DNA of 64,000 bases, taken from the NCBI GenBank assembly GCA_964368085.1, contig CAYJBG010000001.1, forward strand, positions 23,135-87,134, given 5' to 3'. Made by a program: the position numbers and the translations under genes. Source of the DNA: an uncultured Acidiferrobacterales bacterium (lineage in GTDB: Bacteria > Pseudomonadota > Gammaproteobacteria > Acidiferrobacterales > UBA6901). The notes beneath the pieces are model-generated. The model ran no database searches and was not told the DNA's origin. It saw only the letters and a list, made by a program, of their open reading frames with translations. Position 1 is the stretch's first letter, and every line of letters begins with the position of its first letter. Below, piece by piece: positions 1-9,218 of the stretch.

Positions 1-1815
1 TACTACCCGGTGGGGAACACCGCAGCGGCTGAATACAACTTAGCGATGGTCAACGAGATGGGCATGCTGAATGTCGCGGCGCTGCTCATCATCATGTTGC
101 TGTTGTGGCTTATTTTCCGCTCGTTGAGTGCGGTTGTTTGGCCGGTCGTCATCGTAATATTGAGCACGATTTGGGCAGTAGGCATAACAGCCTGGATCGG
201 CTTGCCTATCACGGCCTTTGTCATGGTGACCGTCATGCTTACTTTGGCGGTTGGCGTCGCCGATACCGTTCATGTGATGTCGGCATATTTGTCTTCGCGC
301 AATGAAGGCCATGATCACCCATCTGCCCTGAAACGAGGGTTTAGAAATGTCGCCGTGGCATGCCTGCTGACGACAGTTACCAACATAGTGGCTATTACGG
401 CGTTAAGCATTACGCCTATTGTTCCTATCCAAGTCTTCGCGTTCATGTGCGCGCTGGGCGTGGGGCTTCCCTTCATATTCTCGGTTTATCTGCTTCCGCT
501 TATGCTTGATCTATGGGCGCCAAAGAAATCTGAGAATGCGGGTAGAGGCCGGTTTGGTGCGTTCTTCTCCCGTTTGACCCCCGACATTTCCTCCTATCTG
601 GGACGTCTTCTGGAAAAGGTCTTGCCCACTGTGGAAAAGAGGCCGGTGGCTATCATCGCTCTCTTCATGATCGTGCTCGCCGTCTGCATTTACGGCGCCA
701 CGCAGACGAAGGTGGATACCGATCCGGTCGGGTCTTTTCCAATCGACTCTAAGATTAGGCAAAGCGTCGCGGTCGTGGACAAAAACATGATGGGCGCACA
801 AAGCATGGAGATCTATCTGGATCTAGGAAAGGAAAATGCCTTTCACGATCCTTTCGTTTTGAATGTGGTGAACAAGCTGCAAGACACGATTGAGCGTGAG
901 CACAAAGATCTTGTCGTGCGAACCACTTCTTTGGTGGATACGGTCAAGAATTCATACAAGACTCTGAATGACGATAGGGAGGATATGTATGTCATTCCCG
1001 AAACTCAGAGCGCTATATCGCAAACGCTATTCTTGTTCAACCAGTCCAATCCGGACGATCGAAGTAAGCTGGTTTCCGACAATTACGATAGATCGCGCAT
1101 AAGCGTTCGTCTTTATAACAAGGGGTCTTACGAATATACAAAAGCTTGGAATTCGATGCGGGCTGATATCAATAAGTCCGTTGAGGAGATCAAGCAGAAG
1201 TATCCAGATGCCAAGGTTTCCATTACTGGCATGCTGGCTCTGCTGATGCAGGGCTCCGACTACCTCACGAGCAGTGAGTTGACGAGTTTCGGATTGGCTA
1301 TCGTTTTGGTCAGCGCCGTGTTGCTCGTACTTTTCGGCTCTCTAAAGGCGGGCACCATTGCGCTCATTCCCAACCTGATTCCGGCCATATTGGCGTATGG
1401 TGCTTTGGGTCTTCTAGGCAGACCCCTCGATATCACGACGATGATGATCGCGCCGATCATTATCGGTATCGCCGTCGACGATACGGTGCATTTCATCACC
1501 CACTACCGAAATCAAGTCGTCATCCACGGCGATATAAGAAGAGCGCTGCAAACGACGATAACCGAAGCCGGCCAGTCCGTTGTTTTCACCACCTTAATAC
1601 TAGGACTGGGTTTCGGCATCATGGCGTTTGCTTCCGATGCCGGTGTGGCGAACCTGGGGATCTTTGGCTCTCTGGCTATCCTTGTGGGTCTGCTCAACGA
1701 TCTATTCTTATTGCCCGCAATGATCTTGGTTTTCAAGCTGAGGTTCGAGGGCCATGGGCTGACCGAACCAGCGCTAATCAAACCGAAACTGTCTTCGTCT
1801 AACTTGGAGCCATGA
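1..1815 (+). CDS. RND-superfamily (COG1033/MMPL-like) exporter, 5'-truncated by window edge
   Basis: The frame is open from base 1; GTG at 10 is only the first start-like codon. Two hydrophobic multi-helix blocks are separated by a ~250-aa soluble loop. A paired TM4-like motif occurs in each half: LAVGVADTVHV and IGIAVDDTVHF. Stop at 1815. Confidence 0.8.
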   Translation, partial: YYPVGNTAAAEYNLAMVNEMGMLNVAALLIIMLLLWLIFRSLSAVVWPVVIVILSTIWAVGITAWIGLPITAFVMVTVMLTLAVGVADTVHVMSAYLSSRNEGHDHPSALKRGFRNVAVACLLTTVTNIVAITALSITPIVPIQVFAFMCALGVGLPFIFSVYLLPLMLDLWAPKKSENAGRGRFGAFFSRLTPDISSYLGRLLEKVLPTVEKRPVAIIALFMIVLAVCIYGATQTKVDTDPVGSFPIDSKIRQSVAVVDKNMMGAQSMEIYLDLGKENAFHDPFVLNVVNKLQDTIEREHKDLVVRTTSLVDTVKNSYKTLNDDREDMYVIPETQSAISQTLFLFNQSNPDDRSKLVSDNYDRSRISVRLYNKGSYEYTKAWNSMRADINKSVEEIKQKYPDAKVSITGMLALLMQGSDYLTSSELTSFGLAIVLVSAVLLVLFGSLKAGTIALIPNLIPAILAYGALGLLGRPLDITTMMIAPIIIGIAVDDTVHFITHYRNQVVIHGDIRRALQTTITEAGQSVVFTTLILGLGFGIMAFASDAGVANLGIFGSLAILVGLLNDLFLLPAMILVFKLRFEGHGLTEPALIKPKLSSSNLEP

Positions 1816-1888
1816 GCTAGCTTTGCTGTTGGTACTCTTGCCGTGGCGATCAAATCGCTCTATCTATTGGTCATTAAGGAAGGAAGGT

Positions 1889-2779
1889 ATGAAATCCATC
1901 AAAACGAATCTACACGTCATGTTGTTGGCTTGTGCCTTGGCGCCTTTGACGGCATTGGCAGCCAAGTCAGCCGACCAGATCATGGCGAACGTGGATCATG
2001 CAACACGCACCGCCTATTCCACCCAGCTTGCGAGTGTGAAGATCACAACGTGCAAGTACGTGCTCGCGAACGGAAGCGTGAAGTGCTCCGAAAAACCCAG
2101 GGTCGTAGTTGCCGAGAACATAAAAAAGGGTGAAGTGGTCGATGGAAAATACAACGACAAATCATTACTGATCGTCCGCGAGCCGATAAGCGACAAGGGG
2201 ACAAGCCTGCTGGTCTACGAATATGGAGAGCGTGGCAGAGACAACGATAACTGGCTATACCTGCCCGCATTGGGCAAGGTCAATCGGATCATTGCGAGCG
2301 ACGACGAGGCTGGAAGTGTGTTCGGATCCGAATTTTCCGTTGAGACCACGGAAAACCCCGAGGGCAGAAAAATTTACGAATATACGTACAAGCTTCTCGA
2401 GGAAACAACCCATCAAGGGCGCCCGGTTTGGGTCATAGAAATGCTTCCCACCCAGGTAAAAGCGAAAAAGACGAGTTATGACAAGGTCGTGGCGTGGATC
2501 GACAAAGAAACATACCTCCCCTTGAAGGAAGACCTTTACCGCAATGGAAAGATACATAAGCAGCGGACCCAGAGCGACATCAAGAAAATCGATGGCGTCT
2601 CCGTGGTGCTAAAGGTAGTGGTGAACAACCGATCGTCATCTCGCGTAAGTCAAATGGACTATATGGCGATGAGACACAATACGGACATACCCGATGAATT
2701 TTTGAGCCAAAGGGGATTGACCGACTTTGCTTTCAGGGAAAGAAATCTCGCTACGTTCCGTGACCGACTGAATAAATAG
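1889..2779 (+). CDS. LolA-like outer-membrane lipoprotein-sorting family periplasmic protein
   Basis: ATG 1889 is preceded by aaggaaggaagg. Signal peptide MKSIKTNLHVMLLACALAPLTALAAKS. The motif WLYLPALGKVNRI...GSVFGSEFS is typical of LolA-like partners of COG1033 exporters. The track ORF start at 1823 was rejected as an upstream extension. Confidence 0.7.
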   Translation: MKSIKTNLHVMLLACALAPLTALAAKSADQIMANVDHATRTAYSTQLASVKITTCKYVLANGSVKCSEKPRVVVAENIKKGEVVDGKYNDKSLLIVREPISDKGTSLLVYEYGERGRDNDNWLYLPALGKVNRIIASDDEAGSVFGSEFSVETTENPEGRKIYEYTYKLLEETTHQGRPVWVIEMLPTQVKAKKTSYDKVVAWIDKETYLPLKEDLYRNGKIHKQRTQSDIKKIDGVSVVLKVVVNNRSSSRVSQMDYMAMRHNTDIPDEFLSQRGLTDFAFRERNLATFRDRLNK

Positions 2780-2793
2780 TCGTCGAACGCTTA

Positions 2794-4185
2794 ATGAAAA
2801 AAAACTGTCGAATGGCCTGTCTTGTTTGCTGCCTTGTATTGAGCATTCCGCTCGGCGCACAGGAGAGGAAGGAGACGGTGGATCCGAAGTCACAGGTCGC
2901 GCCGGACGAAGACATCGATTTATCAAAGGCAGAGCCCTCTGCAGGGAACGCCGGGGCCTTCGAGCATATCGATCTATCCAGGATAGATAAATCCGATGCT
3001 TCTTCGAAGGCTATGCGATCTACCCTGGGCCATGAAGGCTCGTTCAGAACGCGGGGGCAGCATGGCGTCGTAAACAATCGAAGTTGGTTTCGTATCGAGT
3101 ATTCGAAATTTTTCCTCGATAGCTTTTTCGTGCAGATCGATTCCAAGCTGAACGCATTTTGGAGCAACGATCATCGCGCAAAGGCGGAAGATCAAGCGAC
3201 TCTGTTCGAGACCAACACTCAGGAAGCTTTCCTGCAATACAGCGGGACCGGTGGTTATACGAGCATCAAGACGGGTGTGCAAAGGTTGATTTGGGGGGAG
3301 TCTGAAGCTGGAGCAATCACTGATGAAGTAAGCCCGCGGAATTTTTCGGAATTGTTTTTCGCCCCCCTTGAAGAGTCCAGAATTGGTCAGTTCATGCTGA
3401 ACCTCGACCATTTCTCTTCGAGCGGCGATTGGAGCTTCTTCTTTGTGCCGAATCCAAAGTTCAATAAGTACCCGAAAAGTGGCACTGCGTATTACGTCGA
3501 CCCTTTCAATGGCCTGGCTGATATCCGAGATGAGCCATCTGACAAGAAACAATACGAATATGGCATGAGATGGAAGAAAACCTTCGGTAAAAGCGATATC
3601 AGCTTCATGGCAGCCAGCTTGGTCGACAACGACTACGTCTTTCACATGGATGGCGTAACCGATGCAGGTAGGCTGTTGATTTCGCGCCTAAAGCAGCGTT
3701 TCACTTTGACCGGAGTGACCTTCAACTATGCAAAAGGCAAGTACCTTCTCAAAGGCGAAGTGGGGTTAAAGTCCCCTAAAGGGTTTAACGATGCAGCCTT
3801 CCAGATCATAGAAAAAGACGTGATAGATAGCTCGCTGGGGTTGACGTCCTCCTTAGGACAATCGAATACCATCGGATTGGAAGTTGTAAACAGTTATGTG
3901 CGTAACTGGAATAACACTATTGTAGGTGTTCCACGGGACACAAGCTCTTTGGTGTTGAATACGACATTATTTTTCTTCAACAACACGCTGTCAGTTAATT
4001 GGTTGACGATATACAACCGGCCTTTCACTAGCTACCAGTCATCTGTAAGAACATCCTATAAGTGGAACGACAATACGACTTTCAGCGTCGACGCTCATGT
4101 CATCGACGTTCCGGACAAGAATAGTTCTCTCCGTCCATACCGCGACCAAGATCAAATCGTTTTCAGAGTCCAGTATCAATTTTGA
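2794..4185 (+). CDS. Outer-membrane beta-barrel protein (DUF1302-like context)
   Basis: Signal peptide MKKNCRMACLVCCLVLSIPLGAQE. Amphipathic alternating strands rich in Y/F/N/G. C-terminal ...FRVQYQF with a terminal Phe, as in OM barrels. It sits after the exporter and the LolA-like gene. Confidence 0.6.
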   Translation: MKKNCRMACLVCCLVLSIPLGAQERKETVDPKSQVAPDEDIDLSKAEPSAGNAGAFEHIDLSRIDKSDASSKAMRSTLGHEGSFRTRGQHGVVNNRSWFRIEYSKFFLDSFFVQIDSKLNAFWSNDHRAKAEDQATLFETNTQEAFLQYSGTGGYTSIKTGVQRLIWGESEAGAITDEVSPRNFSELFFAPLEESRIGQFMLNLDHFSSSGDWSFFFVPNPKFNKYPKSGTAYYVDPFNGLADIRDEPSDKKQYEYGMRWKKTFGKSDISFMAASLVDNDYVFHMDGVTDAGRLLISRLKQRFTLTGVTFNYAKGKYLLKGEVGLKSPKGFNDAAFQIIEKDVIDSSLGLTSSLGQSNTIGLEVVNSYVRNWNNTIVGVPRDTSSLVLNTTLFFFNNTLSVNWLTIYNRPFTSYQSSVRTSYKWNDNTTFSVDAHVIDVPDKNSSLRPYRDQDQIVFRVQYQF

Positions 4186-4219
4186 CCGGCGACAGCCCTT
4201 CAGATGGAGCATAAATAAA

Positions 4220-5494
4220 ATGTACGAAAAACATGAATTCGACGCCATCGTCATAGGCTCCGGGACGAGTGGAGCAACTATCGCTAGAGAGCTTAGCAAA
4301 CATAAGAAGAAAGTTCTTATCCTGGAACGGGGAGGCAATTCCCCTCTCAAAGAAACTTTCATGGGGATCGCTGCAATAGCGGATGAAGTCGCTCTGGGCG
4401 GTGACAAGTTGTCGACGGTGAGGGCCATAACGACAGGGGGTTCCACCGGCCTCTATTTCGGCGTAGTCAATTATCCTCAAGCGGATACTTTTCGCGCAGT
4501 CGGTATCGATCTTTCTCAAGAGCTCGAAGCGGTCAAGAAGGACTTGCCTATTGCACGTTTGACTGACGAACTTTTGGGTAACCAAGTCAAGAAATTGCGC
4601 GATAGCGCGGTTGCCCTAGGGCACGCATGGCAGAAGAACGACATGTTGGTCGATTTGTCGAAGTGCGCATCCGGGTATTCCTACGAGGCGAAATGGAAGG
4701 CGAAAAGTTATGTAGAGGAGGCCGTCCGGGAAGGAGCAATCCTAATCACTCGCGGTACCGTCCAGAGAATAATCATCGAAAACAACGTGGCCGTCGGCGT
4801 CGAGTACAAGATCAAAAAGAGCGCTGTCAGTTCTGAGCTAAAACGAGCCTTTGGAACAAAAATCATCCTCGCCGCGGGCGAACTCGCGTCTCCAAAAATC
4901 CTGCGGGATAGCGGCTTAAAAGGGGTAGGTGATCGAGGGTTTTACTGCAATCCTGGGTATGCCATATACGGCCTCGTCCCTGGACTAAAAGGTACGAGCA
5001 GTTTCGTCGGGAGCATGGGCTGTGTCTATGACGATGGTATCGAGCTGGGTGACGCCAATGTTCCTCAGCCCCTGCATCGGCCGATGATGCTTGGCGGCCT
5101 GAAGCTTAGGCATCTTTTCGCATTCCCAAACAGTATAGGAATTGGCGTAAAAGTGAAGGATAGCCTCGGAGGGGAATTGAAGGCCGATGGTCGTTTCTAC
5201 AAAACATTCGATAGAGAAGACCATTTGAAGCTGAGCAAGGGAAAACAGGAAGCCATAAAAATCCTTAAGAAAGCCGGGGCGAAGAACATAGTCAATTTTG
5301 GGCTGACTGCGGCAGGGCGCGTGGGTGGTTTGGTCAGGTTCCAAGAACACCTGGATGAAAAATTAGAAACGCAGTATCGCAATCTCCATGTCTGCGATGG
5401 ATCTGTAATCCCCGACGATATGAGAGGTACACCGACGATAACGCTCGTTTGCTTGGCAAGGTACTTATCCAAGCATCTCATCTCCTCCTTTTAA
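4220..5494 (+). CDS. GMC-family FAD-dependent oxidoreductase
   Basis: ATG at 4220 gives an N-terminal Rossmann motif FDAIVIGSGTSGATIARELSKHKKKVLILERG. The C-terminal LHVCDGSVIPDDMRGTPTITLVCLARYL resembles the GMC_oxred_C signature. The track start at 4097 overlaps the previous gene and was rejected. Confidence 0.75.
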   Translation: MYEKHEFDAIVIGSGTSGATIARELSKHKKKVLILERGGNSPLKETFMGIAAIADEVALGGDKLSTVRAITTGGSTGLYFGVVNYPQADTFRAVGIDLSQELEAVKKDLPIARLTDELLGNQVKKLRDSAVALGHAWQKNDMLVDLSKCASGYSYEAKWKAKSYVEEAVREGAILITRGTVQRIIIENNVAVGVEYKIKKSAVSSELKRAFGTKIILAAGELASPKILRDSGLKGVGDRGFYCNPGYAIYGLVPGLKGTSSFVGSMGCVYDDGIELGDANVPQPLHRPMMLGGLKLRHLFAFPNSIGIGVKVKDSLGGELKADGRFYKTFDREDHLKLSKGKQEAIKILKKAGAKNIVNFGLTAAGRVGGLVRFQEHLDEKLETQYRNLHVCDGSVIPDDMRGTPTITLVCLARYLSKHLISSF

Positions 5495-5529
5495 GTATAT
5501 TCGTTCAAGCCACACATCAATTCACTACT

Positions 5530-6294
5530 ATGGAATCCAAAATGGAAAAGTCGACACCAACAATCAGCGCCCGCTCATCCGCGGAGCCGACATCAAGACA
5601 AAAACGAAAAAAGAAGATTCTTAAGTACGTTCGATACGGCGCTCTGGCGTTTGCGGTCATTCTGTTGATCGCGCATTTTATCTGGAACGCGTCGGGTTCA
5701 AATCAATGGGAGCTGGTCAAGGACGAGAATGGGGTCAAGGTGTGGAACTTGAAAACGCCAGGTTCCAACCTAGTGAGGGTGAAAGCGACAGTGAGGGTTA
5801 AATCCAGGATGGCCGGTATGGTGAAGCTGCTGGAAGACCTCGAGAGTTGTGTTGATGCCTATTGTTACGACACAAAAGTAATACAGCAGATACCGAGTTT
5901 GCCCGGACGTTCTGCTACGTATGTCCGATTCAAGTTCGACATACCGGGCTTGAAAACGCGAGAGTACGTATTGTTTGCAGAACACTATCAGGATACCGGC
6001 AGTAAAATACTTGAAATCAACGTCATATCCGCACCGAATAAGCTACCTCGCGACGAGTGTTGCGTTCGCGTTACGCACTTACACAACAACTGGAAACTCA
6101 CGCCTCTGAAGAACAACGAGATTGACATCGAGTTCATGCAAGACACCGATCTAGGAGGTTTGCCCTATTTCTTCTCGAACATCGCTTTGACGGAGGGTAC
6201 TTACGAAGTTATGCATGACATGCAAAACCTGATGAACAAGGAAAGATATCGAAACGCAAGGGTCGACTATATACAAGAGCTACGCGAGCACTGA
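5530..6294 (+). CDS. Membrane-anchored START (StAR-related lipid-transfer, SRPBCC) domain protein
   Basis: Start MESKMEK at 5530. One TM helix (YGALAFAVILLIAHFIW) is followed by a START-like pattern: WELVKDENGVKVWNLKTPGSNLVRVKATV...REYVLFAEHY...VRVTHLHNNWKLTP...DLGGLPYFFSN. Confidence 0.6.
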   Translation: MESKMEKSTPTISARSSAEPTSRQKRKKKILKYVRYGALAFAVILLIAHFIWNASGSNQWELVKDENGVKVWNLKTPGSNLVRVKATVRVKSRMAGMVKLLEDLESCVDAYCYDTKVIQQIPSLPGRSATYVRFKFDIPGLKTREYVLFAEHYQDTGSKILEINVISAPNKLPRDECCVRVTHLHNNWKLTPLKNNEIDIEFMQDTDLGGLPYFFSNIALTEGTYEVMHDMQNLMNKERYRNARVDYIQELREH

Positions 6295-6467
6295 TTGCAG
6301 ATTAGACAAAGATGGAAGCTCAAAGTGCAAAACCTTTCGTTGACACCAGCCCGTCGGTAACCTGTGTCCAGAAACGTTCCACTAAGTTGCGGTGGATGCG
6401 ACGTCTCCCCAATTGTCAGTAGCGCCAGGCACAAGAGTCCGATCCAGTAGCACGAAGGAGGTCGGAC

Positions 6468-6698
6468 ATGAAGAAACGCTTTTCCGAAGTACAGATCATC
6501 CGCTTTCTGCGGGAGGCCGACGCGGAATCAGCAGTGCAGGATTTGTGCCGTCGGTGTTTCTTTCGTAGCGAGTTACTACCTCTGGCGTATTAAATTCGGT
6601 GAATGGCGGTGTCGGAGACAAAGTGCCTGACGACACCGGAAGCAGAGAGCAGTCGACTGAAGCGACTGCTAGTGACGTCGCTCTGTGAGGACAAGGCA
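6468..6698 (+). pseudogene. IS3-family transposase orfA relic (at least 2 frameshifts, 3'-truncated)
   Basis: ATG 6468 follows ggaggtcggac. MKKRFSEVQIIRFLREAD..QDLCRR is in one frame, ASYYLWRIKFGEW in the next, and MAVSETK..EAESSRLKRLL in the third. Together these reproduce the conserved IS3/IS407-type OrfA helix-turn-helix protein. No orfB follows. A possible left end TGAC lies at 6341 (tentative). Confidence 0.75.
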
Positions 6699-8138
6699 AT
6701 GAGATGGATAAAGGAACGCTTTCAACAGTTCGATCAACGATTCGTCGCGGTCAACGAGTCTGGCGCTGTTACTTACGCCGACTTCCTTCGAAAAGTCGAA
6801 CAGTGGCATCAAGCTATCCAGAAGTGGGGCGTCGTGTCCGGTGATCGCGTTGCTCTAGTGTCGGACTATCACATAGACGTCGTTGCCCTTCTGCAGGCAC
6901 TGATGGAAAACGCTTGCATCGTCATTCCTTTGTCGGAAGACGACCGAAGCCTGTTTGAAGAGCGCTTGCAGACGGCTTGTGCCACCAAGATCGTAACCAC
7001 CTCCGCCCGCAGGGAGATTGTTCCCAATACGACGGAATGCCGCAACTTAGTTTTCGACGATGCCGGGGTACACCCTTTGCTCGAGCCAATGGTGTCGAGC
7101 GGCAGGCCTGGTTTTGTGATCTTTACGTCGGGGAGCACAGGCAAAGGTAAGGCAGTGTTGTTGGATTATGGTCGCATGATCCAGAAGTATCGCGGAAAAA
7201 TACGGGGGGCGTTCCGCACGCTGCTGTTCCTGAAGCTCGACCATATCGGTGGTTTGAATACACTGTTTTCCGTCATCTTCAACGGCGGCACGATAGTGAC
7301 CTCTCCATCGAGGCAAGCGAAGGATATCTGTTCTTGCATAGAAACATACTCCGTGGAATTGCTACCTACCACACCGTCTTTCTTGACCATGCTGCTCATG
7401 TCGAGCGTGTACAAGAACCACGATTTGTCGTCGCTCAAGGTAATCACTTACGGAACGGAAGTGATGCCGAACTCGACGCTTGCGAGTCTCCATCAGAGCT
7501 TTCCCAAGGTAGCGTTGAAGCAGACTTATGGCTTGTCCGAGCTGGGGATTCTAGCCACGAAGTCGAAGGCCTCTTCGTCGAACTGGATGAAGATCGGTGG
7601 GGACGGTTTCGAGCTGAAGGTCATGGATGGCACGTTGTGGATCAAGAGCGAGCAGGCCATGTTGGGCTACTTGAACGCACCGAGCCCATTCGACGAGTAT
7701 GGTTGGTACAACACCGGCGATAAGGTCGAAGTCGACGGCGAGTACTTCCAGATATTGGGCCGTGAATCCGAGATCATCAATGTCGCTGGCGAGAAGGTAT
7801 TCCCCATAGAGGTCGAGAGCTTCCTGCTGACCGTCGACAACGTCAAAGACGTGGTCGTGAGGGAAAAGAGGAGTCCGGTGGTGGGACAGATGATCTGGGC
7901 CGAGTTTCTCCTAGAGCAGGAAGAAGATTCGGTGTCCTTCAAAAAACGTGTCATCGAGCAATGCCAACGTCATCTGGCGCCATTCAAGGTGCCGGGATTC
8001 ATCACCATCGCAGAGGGCGACACCCTGGTCGGTTCCCGTTTCAAGAAGATCCGCAAGGGAACAACTGACGGTGACGCACCCGGCTCGGCTGCAAGCGCTG
8101 CCGATGGTTCTGCGGCATCGGAACCTGCTATCGCCTGA
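6699..8138 (+). CDS. Acyl-AMP/acyl-CoA ligase (ANL adenylate-forming superfamily), putative starter-unit activating enzyme
   Basis: ATG 6699 follows gaggacaaggca. Core motifs: IFTSGSTGKGKAV (A3), YGLSELG (A5), WYNTGDKV (A7), GRESEIINVAGEKV (A8), SRFKKIRKG (A10 Lys). The track start at 6603 reads through the IS relic in the same frame. Confidence 0.85.
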   Translation: MRWIKERFQQFDQRFVAVNESGAVTYADFLRKVEQWHQAIQKWGVVSGDRVALVSDYHIDVVALLQALMENACIVIPLSEDDRSLFEERLQTACATKIVTTSARREIVPNTTECRNLVFDDAGVHPLLEPMVSSGRPGFVIFTSGSTGKGKAVLLDYGRMIQKYRGKIRGAFRTLLFLKLDHIGGLNTLFSVIFNGGTIVTSPSRQAKDICSCIETYSVELLPTTPSFLTMLLMSSVYKNHDLSSLKVITYGTEVMPNSTLASLHQSFPKVALKQTYGLSELGILATKSKASSSNWMKIGGDGFELKVMDGTLWIKSEQAMLGYLNAPSPFDEYGWYNTGDKVEVDGEYFQILGRESEIINVAGEKVFPIEVESFLLTVDNVKDVVVREKRSPVVGQMIWAEFLLEQEEDSVSFKKRVIEQCQRHLAPFKVPGFITIAEGDTLVGSRFKKIRKGTTDGDAPGSAASAADGSAASEPAIA

Positions 8139-8158
8139 TCAAACTACGGAGTATTTCA

Positions 8159-8899
8159 ATGTCGGGATCGAAGGAAAAAGTCGTCGTCGTCAGCGGTGGC
8201 AGCAAAGGGCTGGGCCTGGCCATCTGCAGGGCCCTGCTGGCGGAAGGCTATTGTGTTGCGACGTTCAGCCGGAAAAACACGGTCGAACTGGAAACGCTGA
8301 TGAGAGAAAGCGGGGGAAAGCTGTTCTGGGAATCAGTGGACATCACCGACGAGGCCCAGCTGACTAGATTTCTTCGCCGGGTGAGGGAGAAATTCGGACG
8401 CGTCGGCTATTTGGTCAACAGCGCCGGTATGGCCAACGAAGGTCTACTGACGATGATGAAAAGCAGGGACATCTCACGGATGATCCAAGTGAACCTGGAA
8501 GGCGCGATCACGCTGGCGCAGGCCTGCATCAAACAAATGATGGTTGGCGGCGGCTTCGGTGTCATCGTGAACGTCTCCTCGGTCGTCGGCGTGCGCGGTT
8601 TCAAAGGCGTCGCCGCTTACAGCGCGACTAAGGCTGCGCTGGACGGATTGACCAGAAGCCTCTCGAAAGAGCTAGGCTCGGTGGGTATCCGCGTCAATTC
8701 TATTGCCCCAGGTTTTATGGAAACGGAAATGACTTACGAACTCACCGATCAGCAAAAGGCAAGAATCATCCGGCAGACGCCGATGGGCAGGCTCGGCACC
8801 GTCGAAGACGTGTCGTCGGTCGTCAAGTTTCTGTTGTCCGAAGAGTCCAGTTTTATTACCGGCCACACCATCGTTGTCGATGGCGGGCTCACTGTCTGA
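8159..8899 (+). CDS. Classical short-chain dehydrogenase/reductase (FabG-like ketoreductase)
   Basis: VVVVSGGSKGLGLAI cofactor motif, NSAG, and a catalytic Ser...YSATK triad. ggag lies upstream of ATG 8159. Confidence 0.85.
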   Translation: MSGSKEKVVVVSGGSKGLGLAICRALLAEGYCVATFSRKNTVELETLMRESGGKLFWESVDITDEAQLTRFLRRVREKFGRVGYLVNSAGMANEGLLTMMKSRDISRMIQVNLEGAITLAQACIKQMMVGGGFGVIVNVSSVVGVRGFKGVAAYSATKAALDGLTRSLSKELGSVGIRVNSIAPGFMETEMTYELTDQQKARIIRQTPMGRLGTVEDVSSVVKFLLSEESSFITGHTIVVDGGLTV

Positions 8900-8915
8900 T
8901 GGGAGAGTCAACAAA

Positions 8916-9182
8916 ATGAGTAGCGATGTGAAAGTCACGATCGAGAATGTCATCCGGGCGGTGGCGGAGGAGCGCAGCCTCAGCCTGCCCGAACTCAAGG
9001 ACAACACGGAGATCGTGGACGAGCTCGGCTTCTCCTCGCTAATGGTGGCCGCGTTGATCGCGAATCTGGAAGAGGAGTTCGGCTTCGATCCGTTCCAGCA
9101 GGAGGATGTCATGATTACTGACATCAGAACCATCAAGGATCTTTGCAACGTTTACGCGAGCTGTCTGGAACGTAGCCGCTAA
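8916..9182 (+). CDS. Discrete acyl carrier protein (putative starter ACP)
   Basis: 88-aa acidic four-helix-type protein with the phosphopantetheine-site motif DELGFSSLMVAALI. It lies between the SDR and the N-terminal KS of the first PKS. The track start at 8874 overlaps the SDR and was rejected. Confidence 0.75.
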   Translation: MSSDVKVTIENVIRAVAEERSLSLPELKDNTEIVDELGFSSLMVAALIANLEEEFGFDPFQQEDVMITDIRTIKDLCNVYASCLERSR

Positions 9183-9218
9183 GCGTTCCTGTGGAAGTTT
9201 TTCAAGAGATAGAGCCGT

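Noticed and set aside
1823-1888. Extended track starts for several genes (1823, 4097, 5449, 8874, 56221, 61589)
   Set aside because: Each extension overlaps the preceding gene or lacks an RBS. The internal ATGs chosen are preceded by Shine-Dalgarno-like sequences and begin with signal peptides or canonical N-terminal motifs.
6603-6698. Track start of the ligase ORF at 6603
   Set aside because: The first 32 codons are the last segment of the IS3 orfA relic (MAVSETK...SRLKRLL), which happens to be in frame. ATG 6699 has a better RBS (gagga) and gives a normal ANL N-terminus.
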